Notes: generated by a model from the sequence alone, not told the origin. DNA of 64,000 nucleotides from Octopus sinensis (GCF_006345805.1 NC_043024.1:2294001-2358000), one strand, 5' to 3'; shown: positions 34,839-48,049, counted from the first letter of the stretch. Translations and numbers: made by a program.

Positions 34839-35369
34839 ACAAGTCTCGGTTTCAAAGCGATAAAAATATCGACATTGAAATGAGATTTAAATGTTGCAGT
34901 GATCCAACCATTTCTCTTTGTGTATGTTCTTCATAATCTTTTAGAGCAAGTTGTTTTACACCTATTTTTTTTGTTTTTGTGCCCGGATCAAACGCTTTTG
35001 GAACATTCACGATGTGAATTTTCCAAGTCCTCTCCCCCAACTACTCCTTTCGCGAGCGTACATTTTTTCTCATATTCGTTTAGAGCAAGTTGTTTTACAC
35101 CTATTACACAATTTTGTTTCGTTTTTATGCCCGGGTCAAATGCTTTAGTTTAGTCCTCGGAACTTTCCAGGAAGTCTCTCTTCCTCGGAGCTTTCTAGGA
35201 AGTCTCATATTCCAGGCACCAGACAAAAAATATAGTTTATACAACGCACATATATTTTAATATATAATTTCAGCAAAACAATTTAGATTCAAAAGAATAT
35301 GGTACTTAACCTAGATGCACGAGAATTTTTTTATGGTATTAACCATAAAATTATGTGGGGGTGATTATA

Positions 35370-35795
35370 ACCAAAAAATAAGCAACAAGAATGGATCGGT
35401 AGTTTAGTACAATTGTTTCATACTATAACATTTTATTAAAGCTGCAAATATTACAGCAAATATAATGTCAAGTAATCTTCTGCTAAATTTCATATAGGTT
35501 TTCCAAACATCTTGGAGAGTGTAAATATACTTATAAAGTTATAGATGTGAGCTCCAGGAACTTGAAGCAAGATTCCAAGCAGACCATATATGCTTTCCAA
35601 CAATGTAAAGTTCTTTACAACTATAACTTTATAAGTATATTTACACTCTCTAATATGTTTGGAAAACCTATATGAAATTAGCTGAAGATTACTTGACATT
35701 ATATTTAATGTAATATTTGCAGATTTAATAAAATGTTTATAGTATGAAACATTTGTACTAAACTACCGATCCATTCTTGTTGCTTATTTTTTGGT
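35370..35795. mobile_element. Palindromic MITE with ~175-bp TIRs in TA context (Tc1/mariner-like)
   Basis: ACCAAAAAATAAGCAACAAGAATGGATCGG.. / ..CCGATCCATTCTTGTTGCTTATTTTTTGGT. Confidence 0.8.
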
Positions 35796-35944
35796 ATATA
35801 TATATATATATATATACTGTCAATTAGTTGTCCCATAAGTAAAAAAAACTGTACACAATATATTTTGATTATATGAAATTACCAGTAATATACGATATGT
35901 ATGTACGTATGTATGTATGAATAAACCAAATTACATACAGGACT

Positions 35945-36030
35945 TTTTACGTGTGTCACCGATGCCATTGAAACAAGGGGAACAATCCCCAACAACACCG
36001 CTCACCGATCTTGGTAACTTTAATTAATTT
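35945..36030 (+). promoter_or_regulatory. Conserved upstream element of subfamily II ZNF genes (ZNF-3 copy)
   Basis: CACCGATG..CAAGGGGAAC..AACAACACCG..CTTGG..TAATTAAT; homologous to 54301-54390 and 63797-63883. Confidence 0.6.
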
Positions 36031-36557
36031 TATTAATGTTTTGTGAAGTAATTATCTCTTGTTAAAGTAAACGTTGATAATTGTGGCTAAGATGAGAGAC
36101 CCTCCACGTGTTCCAGGATCGGTGGTACCCATTGCTTTCTTGATTAATATTTCATTTCATCACAAACTTTACATCGTTAATTAGTTCCCTAATTAACAGG
36201 AAGAAGATCAGTAATTAACTTATAACGACCAACAAATCATTCAACTTTTGCTGAGACACTTTTCATTTGGATTTCAAAGCGAAAACACAAATTATTTGGA
36301 TTGGCTCAACACATCACAAACCGTGGAGTTTTCTACTCACCAGCGTAAGCAACTGTCACTATTTAATTAGGATCTCTCACTAATTAACACAGTGTTAAAG
36401 AATGTATTGAAACCTACGAACCTGTTTGGTCGAATGTTAACTCGTTTTCTGTGATTCTTAGGAAACAAAGAATCCGTTACAGAGTTAACTATCCAGCTAC
36501 CGTTGTGCCATTTCGCATCGCTGCACTATTAAGCAACACACATACACACGCTTATTT

Positions 36558-36968
36558 CTTTACTACCCACAAGGGGCTAAACACAGAGAGGACAAACAAG
36601 GACAGACAAAGGGATTAAGTCGATTACATCGACCCCAGTGCGAAACTGGTACTTATTTAAACGACCCCGAAAGAATGAAAGGGAAAGTCGACCTCGGCGG
36701 AATTTGAACTCAGAAAGTAAAGACAGACGAAATACTTATTTCTTTACTACCCACAAGGGGCTAAACATAGAGGGGACAAACAAAGACAGACAAAGGGATT
36801 AAGTCGATTACATCGATCCCAGTGCGTAACTGGTACTTAATTTATCGACCTCGAAAGGATGAAAGGCAAAGTCGACCTCGGCGGAATTTGAACTCAGAGC
36901 GTAACGGCAGACGAAATACCGCTAAGCATTTCGCCCGGCGTGCTAATGTTTCTGCCAGCTCGCCGCCT
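36558..36968 (-). mobile_element. Family B SINE, two body modules, 15-bp TSD
   Basis: TSD TACACACGCTTATTT at 36543-36557 and 36969-36983. Confidence 0.88.
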
Positions 36969-37040
36969 TACACACGCTTATTTGTATCAAGTACTTTGAC
37001 AATACGCTAATAGAAATTTATAGCCTCTACATGGCTATAG

Positions 37041-37069
37041 GGACACGGTCGGCAACAGTTTTTCTGATG
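37041..37069 (+). other. Candidate 29-nt 5'-UTR microexon of ZNF-3
   Basis: CTATAG acceptor, GATG|GTAAGT donor, next acceptor TAACTCACAG ending at 37171, 34 nt before the ATG. Confidence 0.45.
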
Positions 37070-37205
37070 GTAAGTAACATATATACATGTAATGAGGGTT
37101 GTAGTTCCATGCAAATTAAACAGACATTCCTGATATTAGGCACAAAAAGCTAAACCGTAATTAACTCACAGACATACTCCAGCTTCGAAGAATCCGTGAA
37201 TTAAC

Positions 37206-38681
37206 ATGGAGGACTTTAAGGACTTCAATACATCTAACACAACTGTTTTTAACAATATAAATACAGTTAGGGACACAGAGAGAGATGAGAAATCTCTACA
37301 TGGGGAAACAGTTTCTAAACAAACGTTCCAGGTAAATATTACGAAATATAAATGTGATGTTTGTGGGAAACTTTGCTCTTCGGAACATGAGGTCTTCAAG
37401 CATAAAGAAATGCACAATCAGAAAAAACCGTATCAGTGTGAGATATGCGGAAAGTCCTTTGGGTGTAGGAGTCAGTTGAAAATACACAACAGATCCCATA
37501 CCGGAGAAAAACCGTATCCCTGTGAAATCTGTGGAAAAGCTTTTGGTTCCAAAAGTAATTTAACGCAACACGTAAAGACACACGCTGGGAAAAAACTCCA
37601 TCACTGCGAAATCTGCCGAAATACTTTTGTGTCGAGTACGAATTTGAAAATACACTATAGGATTCATACTGGGGAAAAACCCTTCCGCTGTGAAGTTTGC
37701 GGAAAATCCTTCGTGTCTAATATTCAGTTAAAAACACATAAACGGGTCCACACTGGAGAGAAACCTTATCACTGTGAGATATGTGGAAAAGCTTTTGTAA
37801 CCAGTTGTCACTTAAAGGAGCACAACCGGACCCATACAGGGGAGAAACCATATCAGTGTAAAATCTGTGGGAAAGCTTTTATATCCAGTAGTAAATTGAA
37901 ACTACACGACAGGGCCCATACTGGGCAGATACCCTACCACTGTGAAATATGTGGAAAAGCTTTTATGTGTAGTAGTAAGTTGAAAATACACCACAGGACC
38001 CATTCTGGGGAAAGGCCCTTTTGTTGTGAAATATGCGGCAGGTCTTTCTCTAACAACGCCAATCTTGTTGGACACAAACGAACCCACACCGGGGAAAAGG
38101 CGTTTCTCTGCATGATTTGCGGGAAGTCTTTTAGCTTGAATTATTCTTTAAAAAGACACAGAACCACCCATACTGGAGAAAAACCATTTGCCTGTGAGAC
38201 ATGCGGAATGTCTTTTAGTTTGAAGAATTCTTTGAAAAGACACCAAAGGACTCATTCTGGGGAAAAACTCAGTCATTGTGAAATCTGTAACAAATATTTC
38301 TCCAATAATTTCAATCTTTCTGTTCATAAGCGAATCCACGGAGGAGTGAAGACTTGTTACTGTGAAATATGTGGTAAAAGTTTCTTTCATAAATCTTATC
38401 TTTCTGCTCACAAAAGGACGCATGTTGGAGGGAAATCCTTTAAGTGTAACGTCTGCGGGAAATCTTTCTCCAGTAATAATGTCTTGTCACAACACAAAAA
38501 AATCCATTCTGGAGAAAAACTGTGTTGCGATATATGTGGGAAATCTTTTTCTTATAATTCAAATCTAAAAGTCCACAGACGAACGCATTCCGGAGAAAGG
38601 ATGCATCCTTGCGAAACATGTGGGGAATCTTTTACCAGAAGTGATGGCTTAAAGGAACATGTGGCAATGCACACTGCATGA
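37206..38681 (+). CDS. C2H2 zinc-finger protein ZNF-3 (16 fingers, subfamily II)
   Basis: 47-aa leader ending NITKY, 16 fingers, start context TTAACATGGA. Confidence 0.93.
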   Translation: MEDFKDFNTSNTTVFNNINTVRDTERDEKSLHGETVSKQTFQVNITKYKCDVCGKLCSSEHEVFKHKEMHNQKKPYQCEICGKSFGCRSQLKIHNRSHTGEKPYPCEICGKAFGSKSNLTQHVKTHAGKKLHHCEICRNTFVSSTNLKIHYRIHTGEKPFRCEVCGKSFVSNIQLKTHKRVHTGEKPYHCEICGKAFVTSCHLKEHNRTHTGEKPYQCKICGKAFISSSKLKLHDRAHTGQIPYHCEICGKAFMCSSKLKIHHRTHSGERPFCCEICGRSFSNNANLVGHKRTHTGEKAFLCMICGKSFSLNYSLKRHRTTHTGEKPFACETCGMSFSLKNSLKRHQRTHSGEKLSHCEICNKYFSNNFNLSVHKRIHGGVKTCYCEICGKSFFHKSYLSAHKRTHVGGKSFKCNVCGKSFSSNNVLSQHKKIHSGEKLCCDICGKSFSYNSNLKVHRRTHSGERMHPCETCGESFTRSDGLKEHVAMHTA

Positions 38682-38737
38682 AATGTGGATCATGTATTTC
38701 TTTTATAGCAAGACACTGTGTCCCTCTATCTTGCTTT

Positions 38738-39046
38738 GTGGAGGCACATGGCCTAGTGGTTAGAGCAGCGGACTCGTGGTCGAGGGATCGCGGGTTCAAA
38801 TCTCAGACCGGGCGATGTGTGTGTTTATGAGAGAAACACCTAAGCTCCACGCGACTCCGGCAGAAGGTAATGGCGAAACTTCCGCTGACTCTTTCGCCAC
38901 AACTTTCTCTCACTCTTTCCTCCTGCATCTTGCAGCTCACCTGCAACGGCCCGGCGTCCCGTCCAGGTGGGGAACCTATACGCCAAGGAAACCAGGAAAC
39001 CGGCCCTTATGAGCCAGGCATGGCTCGAGAAGGAACAAACAACAAC
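38738..39046 (+). mobile_element. Family C tRNA-derived SINE, full length
   Basis: A box TGGCCTAGTGG, B box GGTTCAAATC, GAGCCAGGCATGGCTC hairpin and (AAC)n tail. Confidence 0.88.
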
Positions 39047-39646
39047 TCTATTTTGCTTTAGCCGTGTATTTCCTCTATAGCAAGACGACACCTGTGGATG
39101 TCCTACCTTACTTTAGCCATTGAATACCAGGCATAAAAACAGCTCAGCTTTCTCTTGGTAGCGGCAGGGTTTTCCATTCCTTTTTTCTGCCTTGCAAATT
39201 ATTTACCAATCTCCCACTAGTGCCAGTGGCATGAAAAACAGCGTCCAGTAGACTATGAAGTGGTTGGCATTAGGAAGGTCGTCCAACCACAAAAACCTTG
39301 CCAAAGATGATATTGGTGTTTGATGCACTCTTCAGCTCACCGATTCCTTGTCAAACAAAAAAAAAGAAACCTATGCCAGCATGGAAAGCAGACACATAAT
39401 GATGATATCTACAGACATCCACATAAATGCTTCTAACACAAAACTTGAATTTTGCTCGACTTGTGCTTTTGCACTCCAGCAAATAGATTCACGTTATCTG
39501 TATATACTTCTGTTTGGCAATTTGAATTTGTTTCGGAAGTGGGGTTGCATATGGCAGTGATGAACAGAAAATGCTGTGGAAAGATCGATATATGCCATTC
39601 TTGTTCACTTCTGGGCCGATTTTGTTTCATCTAGCTTTGAATTATA

Positions 39647-40002
39647 CAGGGTTATTCAAAAAAGAATGATTCTGAGTGTAAACAAACAACTGTAAGTTGC
39701 TGGGAAAACGATGTGACTACAGCGCCCGTGTGGCAGCCATTCAAAACTTAGAAAACCCCCACCGCTACCCACTAATCTCAATACCTTAAACATCGAATAA
39801 CAACAGTGATTAATTCAATGGATCGTGATATGCATCATTGATGTTGCCCATATCTTTGGTGGTGGCCACATTGAACACTTGTAAGACAGGAAATAAAAGT
39901 TGATTATTAATAAATACTTGTGACTTTGCTGGAGTTTTCTATTGCTTTTCCTTATTAAAATATTGCATAATGAAATCAGTTCATTTTCTTTGAATAACCC
40001 TG
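39647..40002. mobile_element. Tc1/mariner MITE
   Basis: TA|CAGGGTTATTCAAA ... TTTGAATAACCCTG. Confidence 0.75.
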
Positions 40003-41496
40003 TCCTGTGTTTTTAAGACTAAACATAGTCAGCCTACAAACTTTTCAGCCCAGCTTCATCTGTACAACAAATTACATGGTTTCAAAATAAACAGTGAAAT
40101 AAGCTCAGAATGGAGAAATGCGTAACAGGTGTCATATATTAATCATGTTTGTCAATTTACAGTTGATTCAGCAGAAATATTGGTTTGAGGTTTTACATGT
40201 GAAATGATTGAAGAATATTCTGTTGTGTCTGGGGAAAAACGAAATAAAGATTCAAGAATAATTTAACATAAAAACAATTTTATTCAGAATTCAGGACCTC
40301 GTGACTGAGATGGGAGAAGATTGAAAAAATTTAGTGATGTCTTGTATAGGAGACAAGTACAAGCCATACAAACATGGAGAAGGAATATTAAAACATTGAT
40401 GATGGTGTTGGTAATTCAAAAACTACATCAACCACTTTGTGGATATGTTAATTCTAATGTTACAGAGGTACTTGTGAATAAATATTTAGTGTAAATGTGA
40501 AATCGAGAAGGTAATACGCTACAAAGAAAATAAATGGTAAAATTATATAAATAGAATCATTCTGTTCATGGGATATCATCATCATCATCATTTAACATCC
40601 GTTTTCCATGCTAGCATGGGTTTGACGGTTCGACCGGGGTCTGGTAAGCCAGGAGGCTGCACCAGGCTCCAGTCTGATTTGGCAGAGTTTCTATAGCTGG
40701 ATACCCTTCCTAACACCAACCACTCCGTGAGTGTAGTGGGTGCTTTTTATGTGCCACCGGCGCAGGCTTGCAACATACTAAAATTTAAACCAGAAAAACA
40801 TTATATATATATATAGAAGAATGTATATAAAATCCAGAATATATATTAGATATATGCATATATTATCATGGTATGATAACCCCAAAGAATCTATTCTCCC
40901 TTCAGAACATATATTAGATTGTTATATATAAATAAATACTTTTATTTATATATTCCATTTAAATAATACTTTTATTCAAAATATGACAGTCACAGAAATC
41001 TGGTGCAGACATCTGGCTGGCTGGCTTCTGTTAAGCCATCTCACCCATGCCAGCATGGAAGGTGGATGTTAAACAATGATGATGATGACAGTGGTAAGTT
41101 CATATACCAGGGTAGATACAGACGTGGTTATATAAAATATAGCATTTGAAGATTGTTATCACACCTTTATATTTTGTTTCCCTTAATTATACATTTATAT
41201 AAATCCTGTTAATATCCTGGAGTGATTTTTCATATCAATAGTTATTTTTCTGCATAATTGAATACATTAGCATTAATTAGCTTTTTGAGAAAAAGATTTA
41301 TTACAGATTGAGGTAAATGGAGCACGAAAGTGAGGTAGACCGAGTAAAAGTTGGAAGGGACAGGTGGAGGAGGAGATGGGGGTTACGTTTGAGAAGTGAG
41401 GATGCCTAAAACCGACCAAGATGGTATGAGGGTGGTTGCTATGGCATCAAGGTAGATCCGGCCACACCCATTAACGGGGACAAAACACAGATTTAA

Positions 41497-41915
41497 AATC
41501 ATCGTTTAGCGTCCGCTTTCCATGCTAGCATGGGTTGGACGGTTCAACTGGGATCTGGGAAGCCAGAAGGCTGCACCAGGCTCCAGTCTGATCTGGCGGT
41601 GTTTATACAGCTGGATGCTCTTCCTAACACCAACCAACTCCGTGAGTGTAGTGGGTGCTTTTTATGTGCCACCTGCACAGGTGCCAGACGAGGCTGGCAA
41701 ATGGCCACGATCGGTTGGTGCTTTTTACGTGCCACTGGCACAGAGGCCAATCGGGACGGCACTGGCAACAGGCACGTTCAGATGGTTCTCTTATGTGCCA
41801 GCCGCACTGGTATCACAGCTACAATTTCCATTGATGTTGATCGATTTTGATTTTCACTTGCCTGAACAGGTCTTCACAAGTAGAGTTTTGTGTCCCAAGA
41901 AGGAAAGGTATGCAT
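41497..41915 (-). mobile_element. Family D retroposon immediately 3' of ZNF-4
   Basis: Long copy including the GGGACACAAAACTC..GAAGACCTGTT segment. Confidence 0.85.
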
Positions 41916-41933
41916 AATATTGTATGATAATCA

Positions 41934-42896
41934 TCATAGCATTATGGTGTCTATCTCTATATGAACACGTCTGTGTTTAGCTAAATCACCGCTACGTGAG
42001 AATGATATCCCACAAATGTCACACTGATATGGTTTCTCTCCTGTGTGAATGCGTTTGTGTTTGGTTAAGACAGCTCCATCAGAGAATGATTTACCACAGA
42101 TATCACAGGTATAAGGTTTGTCACCTGTGTGACTACGTATGTGTTTGGTTAATTTACTTCCTTCTGAGAATGCTTTGCCACAGACATCACAGCAAAATGG
42201 TTTCTCACCTGTGTGGATATACCTGTGAGCAGATAAGTGGCTGTTTTGAGAGAATGATTTACCACAGGTATCGCAGTGATATGGTTTCTCACCTGTATGC
42301 GTGTACTTGTGTGTAGTTAGGCTACCTGTCTGAGAGAAAGATTTACCACAGATATCACAGCGATATGGTTTGTCACCTGTATGAATATATTTGTGTATAG
42401 TTAAATTACCAGTATGAGAGAATGATTTACCACAGATATCGCAATGATATGGTTTATCACCTGTATGAATGCGTCTGTGTCTCGTTAGCGTACCTGTCTG
42501 TGAGAATGATTTACCACAGGTGTCACAGTGATATGGTTTCTCACCTGTATGAATACGTTTATGTTTTGCTAAGGTATCATTTTGAGAGAATAATTTTCCA
42601 CAGATATCACAGTGATATGGTTTCTCACCTGTATGAATATATTTGTGTGTAGTCAAGCTACCTGTGTGAGAGAATGATTTATCACAGATATCACAACGAA
42701 AAGGTTTATCACCTGTGTGACTACGTTTGTGTGCAGTTAAACCACCTGTCTGTGAGAATGACTTACCACAGATATCACAGCGAAATGGCTTCTCACCTGT
42801 ATGAATGCATTTGTGTGTCTTGAGGTTACATTTTTGAGAGAAAGACTTTTTACAGATATCACAGTCGTATGAGGATTTTCCTGTCACTTTCGGCAT
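41934..42896 (-). CDS. C2H2 zinc-finger protein ZNF-4 (11 fingers, subfamily I)
   Basis: MPKVTGKSS + 11 fingers; N-terminus nearly identical to ZNF-1. Confidence 0.92.
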   Translation of the reverse strand: MPKVTGKSSYDCDICKKSFSQKCNLKTHKCIHTGEKPFRCDICGKSFSQTGGLTAHKRSHTGDKPFRCDICDKSFSHTGSLTTHKYIHTGEKPYHCDICGKLFSQNDTLAKHKRIHTGEKPYHCDTCGKSFSQTGTLTRHRRIHTGDKPYHCDICGKSFSHTGNLTIHKYIHTGDKPYRCDICGKSFSQTGSLTTHKYTHTGEKPYHCDTCGKSFSQNSHLSAHRYIHTGEKPFCCDVCGKAFSEGSKLTKHIRSHTGDKPYTCDICGKSFSDGAVLTKHKRIHTGEKPYQCDICGISFSRSGDLAKHRRVHIEIDTIML

Positions 42897-43320
42897 CTCT
42901 CAAGAAAAAGATATCAATCCTTTCAGTTTCTTATATAATTCATATTTCCATGGGTATTCCTCTATCACCAGAATATATAGATATTAAGGATATTTTTAAT
43001 AAGGTCCTAAAAGAGAATGACTCTCCCCAGACACAACAGGATATTTTTTACTGTTCTTTTTTTAATATATATATAGTTTAATCATAATGAACATGTCTCT
43101 CCTATATTTCCACCAAATGAGATCTTTGTTGGTATCTAAAGATGTTGTGAACTCCTCCATAAATTTTGTCCACGATTACGTAGAACACAAAAGCATCTCG
43201 TACGCATTCCAGATACTGAAGCTGAGAAATTTATAAATTGCAGTTCAGAAGAAATATTTCACGATAGTTCAGCATGGATTATATCTCTATATGACAACCT
43301 CCTTGAATCGATAATACAAC

Positions 43321-43382
43321 CTCCTTGTATCGACGATACATCTGAAGTGAAGAATTCTCTTCTGCCAACGTCGACTGATGTC
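43321..43382 (-). other. Predicted 62-nt 5'-UTR exon of ZNF-4 (donor duplicated 22 nt downstream)
   Basis: TTCTTTCAG acceptor; GAG|GTTGTA donor, repeated as GAG|GTTGTC at 43299 through a 22-bp tandem duplication. Confidence 0.6.
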
Positions 43383-43843
43383 CTGAAAGAAAAGAGGAAC
43401 AGAATAAAAGAGAGAGGTTACTTAATAAGTTGAGATACAGCAGAGAAATTCTTCTCTATTTCTAAACTCATAAACTGTAGATCTACTCCTTCAGGTGAAC
43501 AAACGAACTTAACCAATATATTCTTCCATTTACAAGACTGAAAGGGGTATATGTACAAGGGGATGTAAAAATGTTCCTGGCTTTGGTTAAAAGAAAATAC
43601 AGGAGGGTCAGGGAATTATGATATTCCACTCTCTGATACATATACTCATCATCGTTTTTCGTTCTCTCCATTCTTTTTCCCCCTCTTAATCCTTTCTGCC
43701 GAAAAGTGTAACCTCGAAATATAAATACGATGGGCTTCTTTCAGTTTCCGTCAACTAAATCCACTCACAAGGATTTGGTCGACCCGAGGCTATGATAGAA
43801 GACACTTGCCCGGGATGGCACTCGGTGGAACTGAATACACAAA

Positions 43844-44705
43844 ACGAAGTTAAGAAATTAAAACAAGTAAAATATGTGTGAAATGAAGAAGAGACGAAAC
43901 TGTGTCTAGTGTCTACACAAACACACACAAAGGTGTAATCTATACTAATTAGTCCGAAACAAGATACCTTTTGTTGCACAGACGATTACGAATTAAAGGT
44001 TGGGAAGAAAGCTTTTTACCACACAGCCAAACCGGCGCCCATATATATATATATTTAGATAAAACTGGCCGGTTATGCTTTTCATGTAGCACCAGCACAG
44101 GGCTCTTCTGCAGGGTTTTTATTTTTATGCGTGTGATCCACCAGTCTATGAAACAATTGCCCTGCATGAAACCGGTCCATGGGGCAAAAAAGAAAAAAAA
44201 ATCAAGGTCGTGCGTGTGTGTGTACGAGCATGCATGGATGTTGATGCTCTGACTGACAGAAACGGTGTTGATGTTTACATTCCTTCTTCACATTACAATC
44301 GAGCACGCTGTTCTTTCGAAGAATAAAAACAGCCTTAATGAACAAAAAAAAACTGTGAAGAATTAGTTACGTGAAGTGCAACCAGCTGTAAAATCCTGCC
44401 TCAAATAACTCCCCGAGCATCATATACATACGTGGACAAACTCACACACACACATATATACACTGTGAGAGTATGTATGTGTGTACACACACATACACTC
44501 ATATATATATATATAGATATAGATATGACAATAAGTTCAAGCCTTTAATTCATAATGGTTTGTGCGACAAAACGTATCTCATTTCGGACTAATTAGTATA
44601 GATTACACCTTTTTGTGTGTTTGAGTGTGTGTGTAGACATTAGACACAGTTTCGTCTCTTCTTCATTTCACACATATTTTACTTGTTTTAATTTCTTAAC
44701 TTCGT
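43844..44705. repeat. Inverted repeat of unique sequence, ~160-bp arms (43844-43999 / 44542-44705)
   Basis: ACGAAGTTAAGAAATTAAAAC..GAATTAAAGG vs CCTTTAATTC..TTTCTTAACTTCGT; left arm sits inside a family A SINE head. Confidence 0.85.
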
Positions 44706-44771
44706 AAGCTTCGTTGTTCTAATCAAGAGATTTTTGTATAGGTCTACAGCTTTCGGTGTATGCACATATAT

Positions 44772-44839
<68 letters not shown>

Positions 44840-45581
44840 CACGCACAGACATACATACATAGGAAAAGGAAAGATCCAAGGAAGGGAAGACGGAGGGAAA
44901 AAATTGCCAACGGTACACATGCGGTTGCATTTTGAATGTGTATATATATACACATACACACACACACACACAAACATACATACATGTAAACATATACACA
45001 CAGATCTGTGATTGTGTGTGTGTGTATATATATATACAAATTATTTTATGTTTATTAAAGACGAAAGTGATTTCTTCTTTCGGAGATGTCAGGCCATTCC
45101 AAGCGTAATACGAAATCAAAACAAAGAAATCCATTCACACGACATGTATACAATATAAGTGTTTATATAAACGAAATACTTACATATTAGTATAAAGAAC
45201 TAGAGAGGGAAATGTGAGGATACGTTGAAGGGGTCTGGACTTCTTAAATCAGACTGGACATTAACAGGTTCGAGAGAATTTCTAGGTTTTTATAGCAAAA
45301 GTTGATGTAGATCAACGTAATAATGAATGCTGTATCTTCTTTCTTTACACAGTTAATTGCCGATCATGTAAATTTAATTGGATCGCGTTGAATACCAGTT
45401 GTGAAGTGGAACTGATCAAGTAATGTAGATGTGAATGAAACAATTGAAGGAAATTAATTGGGAAGATTTAGCAATTAGCAGACGAAGGGAAATAACTCTA
45501 CTTTTGACAGCGGTCTTTAAATAGGTCCCGAGGCATTTAATACGGTTAAGGGTTACCCGAGGCACTTAATACAGTTAGGGG

Positions 45582-45941
45582 GTGGAGGCGCAATGGCCCA
45601 GTGGTTTGGGCAGTGGACTCGCGGTCGTAGGATCGCGGTTTCGATTCCCAGACCGGGCATTGTGAGTGTTTATTGAGCGAAAACACCTAAAGCTTCACAA
45701 GGCTCCTGCAGGGGGTGGTGGTGAACCCTGCTGTACTCTTTCACCACAACTTTCTCTCACTCTTTCTTCCTGTTTCTGTTGTACCTGTATTTTAAAGGGC
45801 CAGCCTTGTCACTCTCTGTGTCACGCTGAATATCCACGTGTCTGTGGAGTGCTCAGCCACTTACACGTTAATTTCACGAGCAGGCTGTTCCGTTGATCGT
45901 ATCAGCTGGGACCCTCATCGTCGTAACCGACAGAGTGCTCC
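45582..45941 (+). mobile_element. tRNA-derived SINE, C-related head with different tail, 15-bp TSD
   Basis: TSD TAATACAGTTAGGGG at 45567-45581 and 45942-45956; A and B boxes present. Confidence 0.85.
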
Positions 45942-46011
45942 TAATACAGTTAGGGGTTTAAAACCACAATTCCGAAGTTGGGGGAAATTTACGTATTTCT
46001 GTGGGTAATAA

Positions 46012-46370
46012 TTTGAGGCGAGTTGGCAGAATCGTTAGCACGCCGAAGTGAAATGCTTCGCGGTATTTCGTCTCCCGCTATGTTCTGAGTTCAAATTTGG
46101 CCGAGGTCGACTTTGCCTTTCATCCTTTCGGGGTCGATTAAATAAGTACCAGTTACGCACTGGGGTCGATCTAATCGACTTAATACCTGTGTCTGTTCTT
46201 GTTTGTCCTCTCTGTGTTTAGCCCCTTGTAGGTAGTAAAGAAATAGGCATTTCGTCCATCTTGGTGTTCTGAGTTCAAATACCACCGATGTCGACTTCAA
46301 TTTTCTCCTTCTGGAGTCAATAAAATAGGTACAAGTCGAGTACTGGGGTCGATGTAATCCATTTACCCCG
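46012..46370 (+). mobile_element. Family B SINE
   Basis: Head GGCGAGTTGGCAGAATCG plus 1.5 body modules. Confidence 0.8.
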
Positions 46371-46715
46371 TCACCAAATCATCTGAAGTTAAACACCTCG
46401 TAAATTGATGATTTGTGCTTTGATATATAACGTTATCATACACGAGATGGCTACAACTACCGGCCAAGTCTATCGTGAAGATCAAACCGTTCTGGTGGCT
46501 ATGGCGAAAGAAGTTGTATGGTGAGCGGTGTTGAAGGGTCTATGGTTAGGGGTTAACATACCTGGTTGATGGGAATAGCGAAATAAATATGACTGAAAGG
46601 GCCTACATTGACAATGCAGCTAAAAGCTGGTAGCAAACTTTCTGTGGTTTGATGCTTTCCCTGTTTTCAACTCTCGATATATACACACACATATATATAT
46701 ATACATATATATACT

Positions 46716-46992
46716 TATCACCGTGATCGACCAGGCTATCAGATGTTGCTACACATCGCTGGTCACAATGTGCTTTGCATTGTTTTAGCCTTCAATTAAC
46801 GCCACCCCGCTGGCTAAGCGAGCAAGCCAACAGAGGAAAGAGCGAGAGAAAGTTGTGGTGAAAGAGTACAGCAGGGATCACCACCCCCTGCTCAGTCTCG
46901 TGGAGCTTTTAGGTGTTTTCGCTCAATAAACACTCACAATGCCTAGACTGGGAATCGAAACCGCGATCCTACGACCGTGAGACCCCTGCCCT
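46716..46992 (-). mobile_element. C-related SINE head joined to a third tail type
   Basis: Body as at 45582; tail TGTGACCAGCGATGTGTAGCAACATCTGA also seen at ~53690-53760. Confidence 0.7.
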
Positions 46993-47039
46993 ATATATAT
47001 ATATATATATACACATGTATTCATATATATATATATATG

Positions 47040-47345
47040 TCAGAGGCACGTAAAAAGCACCAACCGAACATGGCCGATGTCAGTACCCAATGACTGGCCC
47101 TCATGCCAGTGGCACATAAAAAGCACTATCCGAACATAATTGGATCGATGCCAGGCCTGCCTGACTGGTTCCTGTGCCAGTGGCCCGTAAAAAGCACCCA
47201 CTACACTCTCAGAGTGGTTGGCATTAGGAAGAGCATCCAGCTCTAGAAACATTGCCAGATCACGTCGGAGCCTGGTGCAGCCGCTGGCTCTCCAGACAAA
47301 CTGTCCAACCCATGCCAGCATGGAAAACGATTATGATGATGATAA
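47040..47345 (+). mobile_element. Family D retroposon
   Basis: Body plus ATG tail. Confidence 0.8.
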
Positions 47346-47639
47346 TAAACTCTTATTAAGTCCACAATCTCCATTTATTTCTTCTTCCTTCATATGAATA
47401 TAAACTACAGGTTTTTATATACAAGCCTATTATTTTTTAAAAATCAATACCCCCTGCCCAAATATTAAGTACTTGAACCAGTATCTCCTTCGATGACACC
47501 ATCCCTTCATGAGGCTAACATAACCTCTAATCGAATTTTATATAGGCATATATTTCTTCGAACCTTGCTGTCTATTTCTTTATTTCCTGATGAAGGGGTC
47601 ATTGTCAGTGTGAAACTAAAGGGTTCATACCTTGTAGAT

Positions 47640-47841
47640 CAGTGGTTTTCAACCAGGGTTCCACCAGTACAGTCCAGGGGTTCCACAAGAAGTTACCAAA
47701 ACTGCTAAAACTGGCAGTAATTTTTAATTCTCCTGTGCAGATATGTGTGCAAAAGACTATTAAATTATTGCACAGGGGTTCCTCAAGCCAGTGGAATGTT
47801 TCCTTGGGGTTCCACTCCAGCAAAAAGGTTGAAAAGCAGAG
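47640..47841. mobile_element. hAT-type MITE, intact (202 bp), single 31-bp unit
   Basis: TIRs CAGTGGTTTTCAACC / GGTTGAAAAGCAGAG; 8-bp TSD TTGTAGAT / TTGTAGAC. Confidence 0.85.
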
Positions 47842-48049
47842 TTGTAGACAGATGGACTCCAGAAACGGCCGTCGAGATAATCTTATATGGTGCTATAATC
47901 CCAGCCATGCATCTAATCTGTAGCCCATGAAGGATGGCTCAGTGCTTAGAACATTGGGCTCACAATCATGAGGTAGTGAGCTAGTGCGACTAAAGGCGGT
48001 GCTCCAGCATGGCCGCAGTCAAATGACTGTGCTCACAAGTCATCAGGCA

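Noticed and set aside
38738-38810. tRNA gene (also heads at 11323 and 45582)
   Set aside because: A and B boxes are present but no complete cloverleaf; the sequence continues into SINE body and tail.
47590-47630. CTGATGA...GAAAC hammerhead-like motif
   Set aside because: Stem II and stem III do not pair; at best a decayed Penelope-type remnant.
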